IMG/VR virus record: IMGVR_UViG_3300044724_002210
Location: 1 to 36,604 of that record
Length of the DNA: 36,604 nucleotides
Reading direction: 5' to 3' (one strand)
DNA from: a virus
Lineage: Duplodnaviria; Caudoviricetes
Part shown: positions 35,123 through 36,604 of the stretch, one piece after another
Layout of the letters: every line of letters starts with the position of its first letter
Position numbering within the stretch: the stretch's first letter is position 1
Notes under the pieces: model-generated
The model's input: only the letters and a program-made list of their open reading frames with translations
What the model was told of the DNA's origin: nothing
Database searches by the model: none
Translations under genes and position numbers: made by a program

Positions 35123-35150
35123 AGTATACAGTATTTTATCTATTTGTCAA
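35123..35150 (-). promoter_or_regulatory. sigma70-type promoter, leaderless configuration
   Basis: TTGACA-N16-TATACT-N6-ATG. Confidence 0.85.
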
Positions 35151-35152
35151 GT

Positions 35153-35503
35153 CTAAGATGGTGTGCAATAACCTAAAAATGTATCGTACTCTGTACCTGA
35201 TGTTAATTGAGTAAGTGTACTTATATCACCGTTAGTTGCTTTGTAAAGCTCTACTGGATCTGCATCATCTTTGCTGAAGTAAACTACATAGTCAGCCGCA
35301 TCGTTAATACCATCTGTTGGATTATCTATACGCTCAACAGGTGTATAACCTTCAAAAGCACTTGGCGCCGATACGCCACCTGCACTTGCTGGGCCTATAT
35401 GAGTTCCTACTAAAACATCACTTGATGCTGATACTGAACTACTTTTATTTGCATACCATGTGTCTACACCGTCTGCGGCTGGATATGTTCTATCTGTTGG
35501 CAT
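35153..35503 (-). CDS. Hypothetical protein (116 aa), late
   Basis: GGAG RBS, late promoter upstream. Confidence 0.8.
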   Translation of the reverse strand: MPTDRTYPAADGVDTWYANKSSSVSASSDVLVGTHIGPASAGGVSAPSAFEGYTPVERIDNPTDGINDAADYVVYFSKDDADPVELYKATNGDISTLTQLTSGTEYDTFLGYCTPS

Positions 35504-35533
35504 TGTTTAACTCCAATTTTAAATTTATACTTG

Positions 35534-35541
35534 TATTTATC
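35534..35541 (-). promoter_or_regulatory. T4-late-like promoter
   Basis: GATAAATA in intergenic gap. Confidence 0.75.
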
Positions 35542-35554
35542 TGATTTAAACATT

Positions 35555-36259
35555 TCACAAAACTATTTGCCAAGTCATCTGCTTAAAAACTATTAGTGGC
35601 TCATTATTTGCATTTATTTGTTTATGTAATCCATTTTCAGTACTAATACTAAATGTTAAATCATGCTCAAGATATGGCCAATGCCATTCCTCATTATCAT
35701 TTGGTTGTACTAACAAATACTTCTTAGTATCATCGTGTGGTACTACCCAGTTAGGAGTGACTCTATATTCTTTATCTGGATATTTTTCTGTGTTACCTGT
35801 TGTGAGCGGTTCTAATTGAAATGGCATATCCATTTCGTATCCTGAATAATTAAAAATTAAAACTGGTACAGTCTTATTATATACATTATAAAACATCATT
35901 CTGGTTCTGCCAGGATGAAAATCTATAATAGGAGAATTATTTTTATGTATATATGTTCCTATTATAAAAGTATCAAAGTCGTCTCCGTTATTTAAACTTT
36001 GTTTTAATTTCCAAATATTTACCAGTTTGCTAATGTCTTCATGAACGTGTTTATCATTTGATTGTTGAACCACCAAAGTGTTGGTTGAGTTAAAGTATCT
36101 GAATACTCTTAAAGCAACAGTCTCTACATCACCATATCCTGATATATCTTTTAGTTGTGGTAATGTTGCATGTCCAACATGGGCTGTGATGTTTAAACTT
36201 TCTGCGTATTGTATTAGTTCAGGCAGTCTTAAATTAATACTATTTGGTAAGTCGCTCAT
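35555..36259 (-). CDS. Hypothetical protein (234 aa)
   Basis: Intact ORF; DFHPGRTR may be a ParB-like motif (weak). Confidence 0.75.
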   Translation of the reverse strand: MSDLPNSINLRLPELIQYAESLNITAHVGHATLPQLKDISGYGDVETVALRVFRYFNSTNTLVVQQSNDKHVHEDISKLVNIWKLKQSLNNGDDFDTFIIGTYIHKNNSPIIDFHPGRTRMMFYNVYNKTVPVLIFNYSGYEMDMPFQLEPLTTGNTEKYPDKEYRVTPNWVVPHDDTKKYLLVQPNDNEEWHWPYLEHDLTFSISTENGLHKQINANNEPLIVFKQMTWQIVL

Positions 36260-36476
36260 ACTCTACGCCGTCCCAGGTTAATCTAAATGTATTATAGATG
36301 TCTTCGTTTTTAAATGTTGCTACTAAGCCTTTGCCTTTTACTCTATCAAGCTCTATGTCCTGAAACAAATAGAAGTATCTGGCACACCAAAGTAATACTT
36401 CACCTCTGATGTGATTACATTTCATACTTGCTGGTATACCACTGCCGCCTGCAGGCAACTTAAATTTAACTTGCAT
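36240..36476 (-). CDS. Hypothetical protein
   Basis: Likely start MQVKFKLP (ATG 36476), 5 nt after CATAAATA. Confidence 0.65.
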   Translation of the reverse strand: MQVKFKLPAGGSGIPASMKCNHIRGEVLLWCARYFYLFQDIELDRVKGKGLVATFKNEDIYNTFRLTWDGVEYERLTK

Positions 36477-36481
36477 ATGGA

Positions 36482-36496
36482 TATTTATGATAAATA
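36482..36496. promoter_or_regulatory. Back-to-back divergent late promoters
   Basis: TATTTAT-G-ATAAATA inverted repeat; ATG 5 nt downstream on each strand. Confidence 0.75.
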
Positions 36497-36501
36497 GTTG
36501 C

Positions 36502-36604
36502 ATGAGGATCCAAGAAATAGTTGAAGGCACCAAAAAGATGTTTGGTAAAACTGTACCTAATTGTGTTAAGAACGAAGCAATTGGTGAAACAGATCAGTAC
36601 GAAA
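36502..36604 (+). CDS. 5' part of probable late/virion protein
   Basis: MRIQEIVEGTKKMFGKTVPNCVKNEAIGETDQYE...; open to window end; KTVPNCV recalls a motif in marine T4-like phage proteins. Confidence 0.65.
   Translation, partial: MRIQEIVEGTKKMFGKTVPNCVKNEAIGETDQYE

Noticed and set aside
1-36604. Stop-codon reassignment, introns, inteins or mobile elements
   Set aside because: Recognisable genes are intact under the standard bacterial code, all three stops end genes, and no intein, homing endonuclease or transposase motifs were seen.

Overview
AT-rich, gene-dense segment of a large T4-like (jumbo-type) dsDNA bacteriophage genome, probably aquatic, infecting a Gram-negative host (spanin pair, TonB-dependent receptor). 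Almost all genes are on the minus strand. It carries a family-B DNA polymerase (cut by the window edge), clamp loader, three large repeat-rich virion/tail-fibre proteins, a T4-type lysozyme and Rz/Rz1-like spanins. Host-like accessory genes include ClpA, ClpP, DnaJ, GroES, SufE, PhoH, a TonB-dependent receptor, a UDP-glucose dehydrogenase-like protein and a HAD nucleotidase. There are also apparent pseudo-enzymes: HPPD-like and 2OG-Fe(II) oxygenase-like proteins lacking metal ligands, and a DnaE fragment lacking catalytic aspartates. The best non-coding signal is a tandem glutamine-I (glnA) riboswitch (5774-5903, minus strand) in its own promoter-to-terminator unit, upstream of an unannotated 54-aa basic peptide. 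A second structured intergenic RNA with twin ACUUUAAACA loops lies at about 3460-3612. Both sigma70-type and T4-late-type promoters repeatedly sit a fixed 6 or 5 nt before an ATG, suggesting systematic leaderless mRNAs. All family calls come from motif recognition by eye, not database searches.
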